Notes under the pieces: model-generated
Told to the model about the DNA's origin: nothing
What the model saw: the letters and a program-made list of their open reading frames with translations, nothing else
Databases searched by the model: none
IMG/VR virus record: IMGVR_UViG_2802429245_000013
Source of the DNA: a virus
Taxonomy: Duplodnaviria; Heunggongvirae; Uroviricota; Caudoviricetes
Direction: 5' to 3' (one strand)
DNA length: 45,041 nt
Program-made: the position numbers and the translations under genes
In this document: positions 35,937 through 45,041 of the stretch, piece by piece
Layout of the letters: every line of letters begins with the position of its first letter
Numbering within the stretch: the stretch's first letter is position 1

Positions 35937-36398
35937 ATGAAAAAAACACGCGAAGTGATTGCAACTCCAGAAGCGAGCAAGAATTTAAAAGCCGCATGGA
36001 ATGCAAGAAAAAAAGAGCTGAAGCTGACTCAAGAGCTGGCGGCTGAGTTGTTGGGATTCGAATCTCAAGGCACCGTTAGCCAGTATCTGAACGGCAAGAT
36101 ACCGGTAAATACCGACGCTGCGCTAAAATTTGCGGCTCTATTAAAGGTAAAACCAGAGGACATTCGAGAAGACCTTAAAGACTTAATGAATTATGTAAGA
36201 TCATCAGATACTTATGATGATAGCTTTTCAGGCAAAGGATGGAGGCTGGTCAATGAAGAACAGGCTGAGTTACTTAACCTCTTCGAGATTCTACCTGCGT
36301 CAGAAAAAGCCAAACTCCTTAACCAGCTACGTGGACTAAACAAGCTCTACGAGGAAGCCTTCGAGAACATGCTGGCACTAAAGAAACGTAACCAGTAG
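35937..36398 (+). CDS. CI/RacR-like prophage repressor (XRE-type HTH), 153 aa
   Basis: HTH LTQELAAELLGFESQGTVSQYLNGK; divergent from Cro-like gene; own terminator downstream. Confidence 0.6.
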   Translation: MKKTREVIATPEASKNLKAAWNARKKELKLTQELAAELLGFESQGTVSQYLNGKIPVNTDAALKFAALLKVKPEDIREDLKDLMNYVRSSDTYDDSFSGKGWRLVNEEQAELLNLFEILPASEKAKLLNQLRGLNKLYEEAFENMLALKKRNQ

Positions 36399-36413
36399 CC
36401 ACCACTCACTACC

Positions 36414-36447
36414 CCCTCCACAACAAAAAAACCGACGTCTTAGTCGG
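36414..36447 (+). terminator. Rho-independent terminator after repressor gene (bidirectional shape)
   Basis: AAAAAAA-AACCGAC-GTCTTA-GTCGGTT-TTTTTT. Confidence 0.6.
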
Positions 36448-36551
36448 TTTTTTTGTGCCATAACTTCTGCAAATCAGCTGTATAACTAATATTTTTCCCT
36501 TGAAAAAACATTTACATAGTTACTAAATCAAAAATATCATACGCCATACTG

Positions 36552-36580
36552 TTGACTTAAAATATCCGTGTTACTAATAT
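36552..36580 (+). promoter_or_regulatory. pL-like early-left promoter (TTGACT-17-TAATAT)
   Basis: Near-consensus hexamers 70 nt upstream of ydaG RBS; flanked by repeated GTTACTAA motif. Confidence 0.5.
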
Positions 36581-36647
36581 TTCTATCAAGAACAGCACGG
36601 CGCTGTAGGTTTTAGTTCCGCCACCCGGCGTTAAGGGGAGAGATAAG

Positions 36648-36782
36648 ATGGTGCATTACGAAGTAGTTCAGTATTTGATGGATTGTTGCGGTATCACTTA
36701 CAACCAGGCTGTGCAGGCTTTACGCAGCAACGACTGGGATCTCTGGCAGGCAGAAGCCTCTATCCGCAACAACAAGATGTGA
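36648..36782 (+). CDS. ydaG: YdaG-like small protein, 44 aa
   Basis: Hand-found ORF MVHYEVVQYLMDCCGITYNQAVQALRSNDWDLWQAEASIRNNKM; RBS AAGGGGAG; Rac gene order. Confidence 0.55.
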   Translation: MVHYEVVQYLMDCCGITYNQAVQALRSNDWDLWQAEASIRNNKM

Positions 36783-36793
36783 GGGTTCCCAAA

Positions 36794-36946
36794 ATGCAAA
36801 AAATCGACCTCGGCAACAACGAATCCCTAGTTTGTGGCGTGTTCCCCAACCAGGATGGAACGTTCACTGCCATGACTTATACCAAAAGCAAGACATTCAA
36901 AACGGAAACGGGCGCACGTCGCTGGCTTGCCAAAAATACCAGCTAA
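36794..36946 (+). CDS. ydaF: YdaF-like small protein, 50 aa
   Basis: ORF 36683..36946 trimmed to MQKIDLGNNESLVCGVFPNQDGTFTAMTYTKSKTFKTETGARRWLAKNTS. Confidence 0.55.
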   Translation: MQKIDLGNNESLVCGVFPNQDGTFTAMTYTKSKTFKTETGARRWLAKNTS

Positions 36947-37366
36947 TCCATTTATTGGATTAATTCAATATTCTCGCTGTAGGGGTATAGCCGAGGCCAC
37001 CAAAGCCCGGAGGTGGTGAAATAAAACCGGGCACAACACGAAGGCGCATTTCCGATATCCATAAAGAGTCGGTCTTGTCTGTTAAATTTAAATGGTGGGA
37101 ATGCGCCTCCGGTTGTGAATAACAACACCGCTGTGTGTAGTCTTGGTGGCATCAGTTTTTTCTTGAAGTTCGACTGATGTCCGCCCTTTTTAAAGTGAAT
37201 TTTGTGATGCGGTGAATGCGGCTAAGCGCACGCGGCACAGTTAAAAGTCATGTTAGTCCTTATTGGTTTGGGTGGGAAAGCCGACTGTAATTGTTAACTG
37301 GTTGCAGTCACCTGGAGGCACCAGGCACCGCATCAACAAAGTTCATTTGTAAAAATGGAGATAATT

Positions 37367-37588
37367 ATGATTGCACATCACTTCGGAACTGATGAAATAC
37401 CACGTCAGTGTGTGACTCCTGGTGATTATGTTCTTCATGAAGGCCGGACATATATCGCCTCGGCAAACAATATTAAAAAGCGAAAACTTTATATTCGTAA
37501 CCTGACTACAAAAACATGCATTTCTGACTGCATGATTAAAGTCTTCCTCGGTCGTGATGGTTTACCTGTAAAGGCGGAGTCATGGTGA
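37367..37588 (+). CDS. kilR: KilR, prophage-encoded cell division (FtsZ) inhibitor, 73 aa
   Basis: Translation [49 protein letters not shown]... recognised as Rac KilR; RBS GGAG. Confidence 0.8.
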   Translation: MIAHHFGTDEIPRQCVTPGDYVLHEGRTYIASANNIKKRKLYIRNLTTKTCISDCMIKVFLGRDGLPVKAESW

Positions 37589-37758
37589 TGACTAAGAAAA
37601 TAAAATGTGCTTACCACCTTTGCAATAAAGAAATTGAAGAAAGCAAAAGTATTAAAAGACCTCTTCATTTCATGCGTGGAGTTATCCCAATGACGGAAAT
37701 GAAAAAATATTGTAGTGAAAGTTGTGCCGAAAAAGACCAGATGGCACACGAACTTTAA
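37588..37758 (+). CDS. ydaE: YdaE-like zinc-binding small protein, 56 aa
   Basis: Hand-found [59 protein letters not shown]; ATG overlaps kilR stop (TGATG). Confidence 0.65.
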   Translation: MTKKIKCAYHLCNKEIEESKSIKRPLHFMRGVIPMTEMKKYCSESCAEKDQMAHEL

Positions 37759-37832
37759 TTAACTGACTATTCGAAACTGAATTTATGCCAGCAATGGCAG
37801 GGATTCGCTCAACCTTAATTAAGGAGAAAAAC

Positions 37833-38108
37833 ATGATTACCAATTATGAAGCCACTGTTGTAACGACCGATGACATTGTTCACGAGGTTAATCTGGAAGG
37901 AAAGCGTATTGGCTACGTGATTAAAACAGAAAATAAAGAAACCCCATTCACTGTGGTTGATATCGACGGTCCATCAGGCAACGTAAAAACACTTGATGAA
38001 GGTGTCACAAAAATGTGCCTGGTTCACATCGGAAAGAATCTGCCCGCAGAAAAAAAAGCCGGATTTCTGGCAACTCTGATTGCAATGAAATTAGGCGGTG
38101 AAATCTGA
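37833..38108 (+). CDS. racC: RacC, 91 aa
   Basis: ORF 37785..38108 trimmed to MITNYEATVVTTDDIVHEVNLEGKRIGYVIKTENKETPF... with RBS AAGGAG. Confidence 0.7.
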   Translation: MITNYEATVVTTDDIVHEVNLEGKRIGYVIKTENKETPFTVVDIDGPSGNVKTLDEGVTKMCLVHIGKNLPAEKKAGFLATLIAMKLGGEI

Positions 38109-38209
38109 AAGAAATAGCCTGCGCCATACGCAGGCTATGAACAGTGTGTATCCGGCAAGATCATTCACTGAACAAAACGAATTTTAATCTGAGTTGAGGT
38201 TAAAAAACA

Positions 38210-41200
38210 ATGAGCACAAAACCACTCTTCCTGTTACGGAAAGCGAAAAAATCATCCGGTGAACCTGACGTCGTCCTGTGGGCAAGCGACGATTTTGAAT
38301 CGACCTGTGCCACTCTGGACTACCTGCTCGTTAAGTCAGGTAAAAAACTGAGCAACTATTTTAAAGCTGTTGCCACAAATTTTCCTGTCGTTAATGACCT
38401 TCCCCCTGAAGGTGAGATCGATTTTACCTGGAGTGAACGCTATCAACTCAACAAAGACTCCATGACCTGGGAACTAAAACCGGGAGCAGCGCCAGACGAC
38501 GTTCACCATCAGGAGGATGCACCGGAAACCGAAGAACCGACGGGAGGCCAGGAAGAAAACGCGCAGGCAGACGCCCACGAGGATTGCCAGGATTGCGAAG
38601 TCTCTGTAGCCACTTTGCGGTTCACACAGCGTCTTCTGCACATTTTTACGTATGCAGCCGGGGATCGAAAATACCTGCATCATGCCACCCGTGAACAACG
38701 CAAACACATTACTGCTCTTGAGATGGATCAGGAAAACAGCTATGTCCAGAATCTGCTGTTGGCCATACGCAGCATGGCAGAACCGACAACTCTGGATAAT
38801 GCCGCCCTGCTCCGCCTGACTGATGCAATTAAGGCAGTGTTCTCTATCACGAAAAAACATCAGCCCTATGAATTTAAGAATTTCATTTCAGCCTGGCTGG
38901 ATACCGAACACATTGATCGCGGTCTTCTGACAAAAGAATGGCGAAAAGGGAATCGTGTTTCACGCATCACTCGCACGGCTTCCGGTGCTAATGCTGGCGG
39001 CGGGAACCTCACCGATCGCGGCGAAGGTTTCGTCCACGATCTGACGTCACTGGCGCGCGATGTAGCCACTGGCGTACTGGCCCGTTCAATGGACGTGGAC
39101 ATCTATAACCTTCATCCGGCACACGCTAAACGCATTGAGGAAATTATCGCTGAAAATAAACCGCCCTTTTCTGTTTTCCGCGACAAATTCATCACCATGC
39201 CTGGCGGGCTGGATTATTCCCGCGCCATCGTGGTTGCGTCCGTGAAAGAAGCACCAATTGGGATCGAGGTCATCCCCGCACACGTCACTGAATATCTGAA
39301 CAAAGTACTGACTGAAACCGATCATGCCAACCCTGATCCGGAAATCGTGGATATTGCCTGCGGTCGCTCCTCGGCCCCGATGCCGCAGCGAGTAACAGAA
39401 GAAGGAAAACAGGACGATGAAGAAAAACCACAACCATCTGGCGCAATGGCAGATGAACAGGCAACGGCTGAAACAGTGGAACCGAATGCAACTGAACATC
39501 ATCAGAACACGCAGCCGCTGGATGCTCAGTCACAGGTAAATTCTGTTGATGCGAAATATCAGGAACTGCGGGCAGAACTCCATGAAGCCCGGAAAAACAT
39601 TCCATCAAAAAATCCTGTCGATGCCGATAAATTGCTTGCTGCATCACGTGGTGAATTTGTTGACGGAATTAGCGACCCGAACGATCCGAAATGGGTTAAG
39701 GGGATCCAGACTCGCGATTCTGTGTACCAGAACCAGCCAGAAACGGAAAAAATCAGCCCGGATGCGAAACAACCTGAGCCAGTAGTGCAACAGGAACCGG
39801 AAATAGTCTGCAATGCCTGCGGTCAGACTGGCGGGGATAACTGCCCTGACTGTGGTGCGGTGATGGGCGACGCAACGTATCAGAAAACCTTTAATGAAGA
39901 AAATCAGAATGAATATCAGGAAAAAGGTCTGGAGGAAATGGAAGGCGCTGAACATCCGCACAATGAGAATGCTGGCAGCGATCCGCATCGCGATTGCAGT
40001 GATGAAACTGGCGAAGCGTCAGCTCCTGTAGCAACTGAAATCATGTGGCCGTCATATTTCGAGCCAGGCCGCTATGAAAACCTCCCGAACGAGGTTTATC
40101 ACTCCGCCAACGGAATAAGCAGCACGATGCTGAAGGATGCCCGTATCAGCCTGATGTATTACCACGGGAGGCACATTGCCGGAACTATTCCGAACGAGGA
40201 AAGTGATGCACTGCTGCGTGGGCGGATCATTCACAGCTATGTTCTGGAAACGGATAAATTCGCTGATGAATATGCCATTCCGGTACCGGTTCCTGAATAT
40301 GTGGTTACTACTTCTAACGAACTGATCGCCATCATTAAAAAACACAATGCCAGTCTGCCAGCACTGATGACACCAGAGCAGATGAAAGAGTGGATCGAAA
40401 GCTACAACAGCACTCTTATACAGCCACTGTCTGTAAGTGCTGGGGCCGAAGAAACAGGCATCCTTTACGGTTCACTTCCGGTGGAATTTCGGCGTATTCC
40501 TGAGGGGGAAAAACACACAGCATCAGCAATGAAAGCCTGTATTAAAGAATACAACGCAAGCCTCCCTCCTCTGTTGAAAACCAGTGGAGCACGGGAGCAG
40601 CTTCTGGATCAAATTGAAACTGTAGACCCAGAACTGGCAAAAAAAGAACGTGCTAAATCGTTGCCTTACAACATCAGTGGCACAAAAGAGCAATTAACCG
40701 AAATCGCACGGAAAATTCGCCCGGAACTGGTGACACTGGAGGACTGGCAAAAACGCCAGCAAGAAGAAAACGCCGGGAAAACGTTTATCAGTCCGGATAT
40801 GTATGAACAGGCAAAAAATATTCACGCGGCACTGCAAAACAATACCGATGCAGCAAGGCTACTCAACCACCCGGATCGCAAATCTGAAATCAGCTATTTC
40901 GGGTTTGATGAAGAAACCGGGCTGGAAATCAGGGTCCGCCCTGATATCGAAATCCGGCTGCCATACGAAAGCATTTGCGCTGACGTGAAGTCAGTCAGCC
41001 TCGGTTATGTGCGGCAGGAACGACTTAAAGATCGCCTGCACCTTGAAATTATTGAGCGTGATTATCACCTCAGCGCCGCAATGTATTGCGATGTGGCAAA
41101 CCTGGACAAATTTTTCTGGATCTTCGTCAACAAAGATGTTGGCTATCACTGGGTGGCAGTCGTGGAAGCCTCGCAGGAACTCCTGGAGCTTGGTCGACAG

Positions 41201-41335
41201 GAATATCGCCGGACGCTACGCCAGATAAACGAAGCCCTAGAGACAAACAACTGGCCAGCACCTATTACCGAAAGTTACACCGACGAATTAAACGACTTTG
41301 ATCTTCGTCGTCTTGAAGCACTGCATCTGGCTTAA
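38210..41335 (+). CDS. recE: RecE-like exonuclease VIII, 1041 aa, with C-terminal PD-(D/E)XK (YqaJ/lambda-exo-type) nuclease domain
   Basis: N-terminus [26 protein letters not shown]... and central ...[30 protein letters not shown]... recognised as RecE; C-terminal ...RPDIEIRL...ADVKS... nuclease-like. Confidence 0.75.
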   Translation: MSTKPLFLLRKAKKSSGEPDVVLWASDDFESTCATLDYLLVKSGKKLSNYFKAVATNFPVVNDLPPEGEIDFTWSERYQLNKDSMTWELKPGAAPDDVHHQEDAPETEEPTGGQEENAQADAHEDCQDCEVSVATLRFTQRLLHIFTYAAGDRKYLHHATREQRKHITALEMDQENSYVQNLLLAIRSMAEPTTLDNAALLRLTDAIKAVFSITKKHQPYEFKNFISAWLDTEHIDRGLLTKEWRKGNRVSRITRTASGANAGGGNLTDRGEGFVHDLTSLARDVATGVLARSMDVDIYNLHPAHAKRIEEIIAENKPPFSVFRDKFITMPGGLDYSRAIVVASVKEAPIGIEVIPAHVTEYLNKVLTETDHANPDPEIVDIACGRSSAPMPQRVTEEGKQDDEEKPQPSGAMADEQATAETVEPNATEHHQNTQPLDAQSQVNSVDAKYQELRAELHEARKNIPSKNPVDADKLLAASRGEFVDGISDPNDPKWVKGIQTRDSVYQNQPETEKISPDAKQPEPVVQQEPEIVCNACGQTGGDNCPDCGAVMGDATYQKTFNEENQNEYQEKGLEEMEGAEHPHNENAGSDPHRDCSDETGEASAPVATEIMWPSYFEPGRYENLPNEVYHSANGISSTMLKDARISLMYYHGRHIAGTIPNEESDALLRGRIIHSYVLETDKFADEYAIPVPVPEYVVTTSNELIAIIKKHNASLPALMTPEQMKEWIESYNSTLIQPLSVSAGAEETGILYGSLPVEFRRIPEGEKHTASAMKACIKEYNASLPPLLKTSGAREQLLDQIETVDPELAKKERAKSLPYNISGTKEQLTEIARKIRPELVTLEDWQKRQQEENAGKTFISPDMYEQAKNIHAALQNNTDAARLLNHPDRKSEISYFGFDEETGLEIRVRPDIEIRLPYESICADVKSVSLGYVRQERLKDRLHLEIIERDYHLSAAMYCDVANLDKFFWIFVNKDVGYHWVAVVEASQELLELGRQEYRRTLRQINEALETNNWPAPITESYTDELNDFDLRRLEALHLA

Positions 41336-42438
41336 TGGAGAACCTGACCATGCAAAATACCAATATCATCACGACAGAGCAGACACCAAATACCATTTCT
41401 GCCAGTAACACTATTTTTAACGTTCAGGCGTTGACGCAACTTCAGGAAGTAGCCGGGTTGATGTCACAGGCCACCGTCACAGTTCCCGATCACCTTCGCG
41501 GAAAACCTGCCGACTGCATGGCAATTATCATGCAAGCCATGCAATGGGGCATGAACCCCTACGCTGTGGCTCAGAAAACACACCTGGTAAACGGAGTTCT
41601 GGGTTATGAAGCACAACTGGTTAACGCTGTGATCTCTAGCTCAAGTGCAATTGTAGGCCGCTTCCATTACAAGTACGAGGGAGACTGGGAGAAATGCTCT
41701 CGCACCCGAGTGGAGACCGTTAAGAAAACGGCCAAAGGAGGCGGAATCTATGAGAAAAAAGAAACGATCCCATGTTGGACCAGTGAAGATGAGTATGGTC
41801 TATCAGTTCGAGTGGGTGCAGTTCTTCGCAGTGAAAGTGAGATTACCTGGGGAGAACCGGTGTTTCTTTCCAGCGTGATTACGCGTAATTCTCCTTTATG
41901 GACCTCAAACCCGAAACAACAGCTCGCCTATCTGGCGTTGAAATACTGGGCTCGCCTTTATTGTCCTGACGTCATCCTGGGCGTGTATACCCCCGACGAA
42001 CTGGAAGAGCCACAGGAAAAAATCATCAATCCTGTGCCGGTACAGAATTATAGCGAGGTAAGCGAGCAGCGAACAGAAACCATCGAACAGCGTATTGACG
42101 AAGCGTGGATTGATGAATTCCGGCAGCGCGTCGAAAGCGCGGCCACGACTGAGGAAACCACTGCATTACGCCAAGAGATAGAGGATCAGAAAAACCAGAT
42201 CGGCGAATTCTTTGCCGAGCTTAAAGGAAAAGTGGTTCGGCGCCATCACCGTCTCAATGCTATTGCCAGTATCGAGAAGATGATAAATGACCTGCCTTCA
42301 TCAGGTGATCCAGAAGCAGAACAAAAATTTACTGCTCTGGAAAATACGCTGAATGCTGCACGACCACATCTGGGTGAATTATATGAGGCGTATAAAACGA
42401 CACTGACAGATATAAAACCAGAATATATCAGCTCCTAA
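41335..42438 (+). CDS. RecT/Redbeta-type single-strand annealing protein, 367 aa
   Basis: Immediately downstream of recE with overlapping stop/start (TAATG); recombinase partner position; N-terminus does not match the K-12 RecT sequence as I remember it. Confidence 0.55.
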   Translation: MENLTMQNTNIITTEQTPNTISASNTIFNVQALTQLQEVAGLMSQATVTVPDHLRGKPADCMAIIMQAMQWGMNPYAVAQKTHLVNGVLGYEAQLVNAVISSSSAIVGRFHYKYEGDWEKCSRTRVETVKKTAKGGGIYEKKETIPCWTSEDEYGLSVRVGAVLRSESEITWGEPVFLSSVITRNSPLWTSNPKQQLAYLALKYWARLYCPDVILGVYTPDELEEPQEKIINPVPVQNYSEVSEQRTETIEQRIDEAWIDEFRQRVESAATTEETTALRQEIEDQKNQIGEFFAELKGKVVRRHHRLNAIASIEKMINDLPSSGDPEAEQKFTALENTLNAARPHLGELYEAYKTTLTDIKPEYISS

Positions 42439-42501
42439 TATTGACTTTGGCGGTGTAGCCTCACCGCCATCACAAAATTTTATTATATGAGAGAAAAGAC
42501 A

Positions 42502-42696
42502 ATGCGGTATGAAAAAGTCAAACCATGTCCGTTTTGTGGTTGTCCATCAGTAACGGTGAAAGCCATTTCAGGATATTACCGCGCAAAGTGTAACGGATGC
42601 GAATCCCGAACCGGTTATGGTGGAAGTGAAAAAGAAGCACTCGAAAGATGGAATAAACGAACCACTGGAAATAATAATGGAGGTGTTCATGTATAA
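42502..42696 (+). CDS. ralR: RalR (Lar) restriction-alleviation protein / type I toxin, 64 aa
   Basis: Translation MRYEKVKPCPFCGCPSVTVKAISGYYRAKCNGCESRTGYGGSEKEALERWNKRTTGNNNGGVHV recognised as RalR. Confidence 0.8.
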   Translation: MRYEKVKPCPFCGCPSVTVKAISGYYRAKCNGCESRTGYGGSEKEALERWNKRTTGNNNGGVHV

Positions 42697-42877
42697 AATT
42701 ACCGCCACTATTGAAAAGGAAGGTGGCACTCCTACTAACTGGACAAGATATTCAAAATCTAAACTAACGAAATCAGAATGCGAAAAAATGCTCTCAGGGA
42801 AAAAAGAAGCAGGCGTTTCCAGAGAGCAGAAAGCAAAACTGATAAATTTTAATTGCGAGAAACTTCTGTCATCGTGA
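42689..42877 (+). CDS. ydaC: YdaC-like protein, 62 aa
   Basis: ORF 42617..42877 trimmed to MYKITATIEKEGGTPTNWTRYSK... with RBS GGAGG 5 nt upstream; overlaps ralR end. Confidence 0.55.
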   Translation: MYKITATIEKEGGTPTNWTRYSKSKLTKSECEKMLSGKKEAGVSREQKAKLINFNCEKLLSS

Positions 42878-42983
42878 GTTGCATTATATCCAAACTAGAA
42901 CTTCATAGGTGATTATTAAAAATCAACCACGCCCGCCAGTATTCTGTATATTTACTGGCGGTCATATCGTAAGAGGTATGGCA

Positions 42984-43265
42984 ATGAATCTTGTGACACT
43001 CAAAACGTGGGGAAAACTCAGATATCCGGATAACCCACCATCAATATCAACGCTGAGACGATGGGCAAGGAATGGAAACATTTATCCTGCACCTGAACTA
43101 CACGGGAGGAGTTACAGGGTGGTTCCGGAGGCTTTCTATATCAACCCAAATAAGGTTGATACCGATATAACACACCATCAACCTAATGGGCGACAAGGGA
43201 GAGACAGTCCGTTACTGGAGAAGTTAAAACATGCAGCGGAAAAAATACGATCCCAATTTGCCTAA
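42984..43265 (+). CDS. xis: Excisionase (Xis), about 93 aa
   Basis: ORF 42909..43265 trimmed to Met with RBS AAGAGG; ...TLKTWGKLRYPDNPPSISTLRRWARNGNIYPAPEL... resembles lambda Xis; overlaps int start by 35 nt. Confidence 0.6.
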   Translation: MNLVTLKTWGKLRYPDNPPSISTLRRWARNGNIYPAPELHGRSYRVVPEAFYINPNKVDTDITHHQPNGRQGRDSPLLEKLKHAAEKIRSQFA

Positions 43266-44307
43266 AAACTTAACATATCGAAGGAGGGACAAAGCATATT
43301 ACTGGCGCAACCCTCTGACGAAAGAAGAATTTACACTAGGTAAAATTTCAAGGAGAGATGCAGTAGCGCAGGCAATTGAAGCAAATCATTATATATACAA
43401 AAACTACTCTCCTGCAGCCTTAATTGAAAAGCTTAAAGGGTTCGACTCATTTACTATGGCAGACTGGATTGAACGTTACAAAACGATTCTTATAAGGAGA
43501 AAAGTGTCCAGAAATACTTATAAAATTCGGATAAATCAACTGGAGACAATAAAAGAAAAATTGGGAGGAATTTTACTGACAGAAATAACCACTCGCCATA
43601 TTGCCGAGTTTCTTGATTTGTGGATTGAAGGAGGGAAAAACACAATGGCAGGATCAATGCGTTCTGTGTTGTCTGATATGTTTCGCGAGGCCATTGTTGA
43701 AGGACGTATATCTCAAAATCCAGTAACGCCAACAAGAGCACCGAAAATAGTAGTTACAAGAGAACGACTGAAACTAAAGACATACAACTGCATCAGGGAG
43801 GCAGCAGATCAACTTCCGGCATGGTTCCCATTAGCTATGGATTTAGCCCTTGTAACAGGACAACGTCGCGAAGACATAACGAATATGCGGTTCAGTGATA
43901 TTTATGATGATCGTCTCCACATCAGGCAAATTAAGACAGGAATGATGATTGCTATCCCCCTGTCACTCAGCCTTCCTGTCGCTGGTCTACGGCTTGGTAC
44001 AGTAGTTGAACGGTGCCGCCTGGTAAGCCGGGGAGATTATCTAATCAGTGCCGGGATTAGAAAAAACAGCCCTGACGGCAGCATTCACCCGGATGGCCTG
44101 ACAAAAAAATTTGTCGCAGCCAGAAAATTAACAGGTATCCAGTTCAGTGAAAACCCACCAACTTTTCACGAGATCAGAAGTCTGGCTGGACGATTGTACA
44201 AAGAAACATGTGGAGAAGAATTTGCCCAGCGCCTACTTGGTCACACATCGGAGAAGACAACAAAAATGTATCTTGATGAGCGAGAAAAAACGTACTTACT
44301 GCTCTGA
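43231..44307 (+). CDS. int: Integrase, lambda-family tyrosine recombinase, 358 aa
   Basis: N-terminus aligns with lambda Int by eye ([38 protein letters not shown] versus MGRRRSHERRDLPPNLYIRNNGYYCYRDPRTGKEFGLG); C-terminal [11 protein letters not shown]...[13 protein letters not shown] catalytic region. Confidence 0.85.
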   Translation: MQRKKYDPNLPKNLTYRRRDKAYYWRNPLTKEEFTLGKISRRDAVAQAIEANHYIYKNYSPAALIEKLKGFDSFTMADWIERYKTILIRRKVSRNTYKIRINQLETIKEKLGGILLTEITTRHIAEFLDLWIEGGKNTMAGSMRSVLSDMFREAIVEGRISQNPVTPTRAPKIVVTRERLKLKTYNCIREAADQLPAWFPLAMDLALVTGQRREDITNMRFSDIYDDRLHIRQIKTGMMIAIPLSLSLPVAGLRLGTVVERCRLVSRGDYLISAGIRKNSPDGSIHPDGLTKKFVAARKLTGIQFSENPPTFHEIRSLAGRLYKETCGEEFAQRLLGHTSEKTTKMYLDEREKTYLLL

Positions 44308-44354
44308 TTTTAACGTAAATGGATTGTTAAATGTATATTGGTTGTGATATAACC

Positions 44355-44472
44355 AAAAAAGACCGGAATACAGAAATTCGAGTAAATTTCGGGGGATTTC
44401 GGGGAGATGCTTGCAACTAATTGATTTTAAATACAATTAAAAAGAGACCGAATACGATTCCTGTATTCGGTC
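44355..44472. repeat. att-region repeats: three copies of GACCGAATAC(A/G) (one inverted, forming a 10-bp-stem palindrome) plus tandem TTTCGGGG(G/A)
   Basis: 44361-44373 gaccggaatacag; 44446-44472 gaccgaatacgattcctgtattcggtc; 44386-44406 atttcgggggatttcggggag. Confidence 0.4.
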
Positions 44473-44616
44473 CAGGGAAATGGCTCTTGGGAGAGAGCCG
44501 TGCGCTAAAAGTTGGCATTAATGCAGGCTTAGTTGCCTTGCCTTTTAAGAATAGATGACGACGCCAGGTTTTCCAGTCCGCGCGTAAAGTGGTCAGAAAA
44601 AAAGCGCGTTTATCAT

Positions 44617-44660
44617 CCTCTAAAATGTTAAAAACCGCCCGTTCTGGTGAAAGCACCCGG
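44617..44660. terminator. Bidirectional rho-independent terminator ending the host gene
   Basis: AAAAA-CCGCCCG...CGGGCGG-TTTTTTATTT; downstream of minus-strand host ORF. Confidence 0.5.
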
Positions 44661-44699
44661 GCGGTTTTTTATTTAAAATCAAAAAATTACTATAGATAA

Positions 44700-45041
44700 T
44701 TAACAGAGTCTCTCAGCTCTTTCAATAAACGGTGCCAGACTCACTTTTTCACCTGGTTTATTGGGATCATCAATCTGGATCACCGAAATGGGCTGGGCTT
44801 TAGTCTTCCCGCTGGCTACTTCCTTTTGTGCGATATCGTTTAAAGGATACTGTACCAGGGTACTTGGGTTAATGACATACAAAGCATTGCCCGGACGACA
44901 GGTCAGCATCACCTCTTCGCGATTAAACGCCCATTTGTCTTTACCCATTTCAAAACGGCTGACGGTAATCACCTGCGGAGCCGCCAACGCCGCTGCCGAA
45001 CTGGTGAGTAACAGAAACGCCAGAATACTTTTTTTCATCAT
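44700..45041 (-). CDS. Host small secreted protein with signal peptide, 113 aa (possibly YebY/DUF2511-like)
   Basis: ORF track; signal peptide [22 protein letters not shown]; lies outside prophage beyond the int-proximal att region; family name is recollection only. Confidence 0.45.
   Translation of the reverse strand: MMKKSILAFLLLTSSAAALAAPQVITVSRFEMGKDKWAFNREEVMLTCRPGNALYVINPSTLVQYPLNDIAQKEVASGKTKAQPISVIQIDDPNKPGEKVSLAPFIERAERLC

Noticed and set aside
36952-37152. 66-aa minus-strand ORF between ydaF and kilR as a decayed sieB
   Set aside because: Wrong strand relative to the operon, no RBS and a Pro/Phe-rich unlikely translation; treated as non-coding.
36400-37366. N-type antiterminator gene and nut sites downstream of the pL-like promoter
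   Set aside because: No small Arg-rich ORF with an RBS is present between the promoter and kilR; Rac-type operons are not known to need N, so none is called.
44417-44656. 79-aa minus-strand ORF in the att region
   Set aside because: Overlaps the host terminator hairpin and repeat elements, lacks an RBS and spans the likely prophage junction.

Overview
The window is almost entirely one lambdoid prophage of an Escherichia/Shigella-type host, called from reading the six-frame translations and the DNA directly; no homology search was run. It is a mosaic: a Rac-like early-left operon on the + strand (pL-like promoter, ydaG, ydaF, kilR, ydaE, racC, recE, recT-like, ralR, ydaC, xis, int at 36.5-44.3 kb), a divergent immunity switch (CI/RacR-like repressor versus Cro-like/CII-like), replication and nin-like genes, a hok/mok type I toxin locus, a Q-like gene, two phage-borne tRNAs (Thr-UGU, Gly-UCC), a lysis cassette, then terminase/portal/head genes and a contractile-tail (Mu/SfV-like) module with sheath, tube, frameshifted chaperone, tape measure and baseplate genes, ending in a tail fibre gene that runs off the left edge. 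The prophage boundary on the int side lies between 44308 and about 44620, followed by a host terminator and a small host secreted-protein gene. The most interesting unexplained loci are (i) a translationally coupled ParB-like plus unknown enzyme-like gene pair between lysis and terminase genes, (ii) three separate insertions inside the baseplate operon (an AT-rich secreted-protein moron with its own promoter and terminator, an AntA-like antirepressor with upstream direct repeats, and two tiny membrane proteins), (iii) three 19-bp palindromes in and next to the replication initiator gene, and (iv) a 690-bp ORF-free segment with convergent terminators where Stx phages carry toxin cargo. No CRISPR array, IS element or rRNA was seen. 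Gene starts on the minus strand were refined by hand from ribosome-binding sites; several ORF-track first codons are GTG/TTG.
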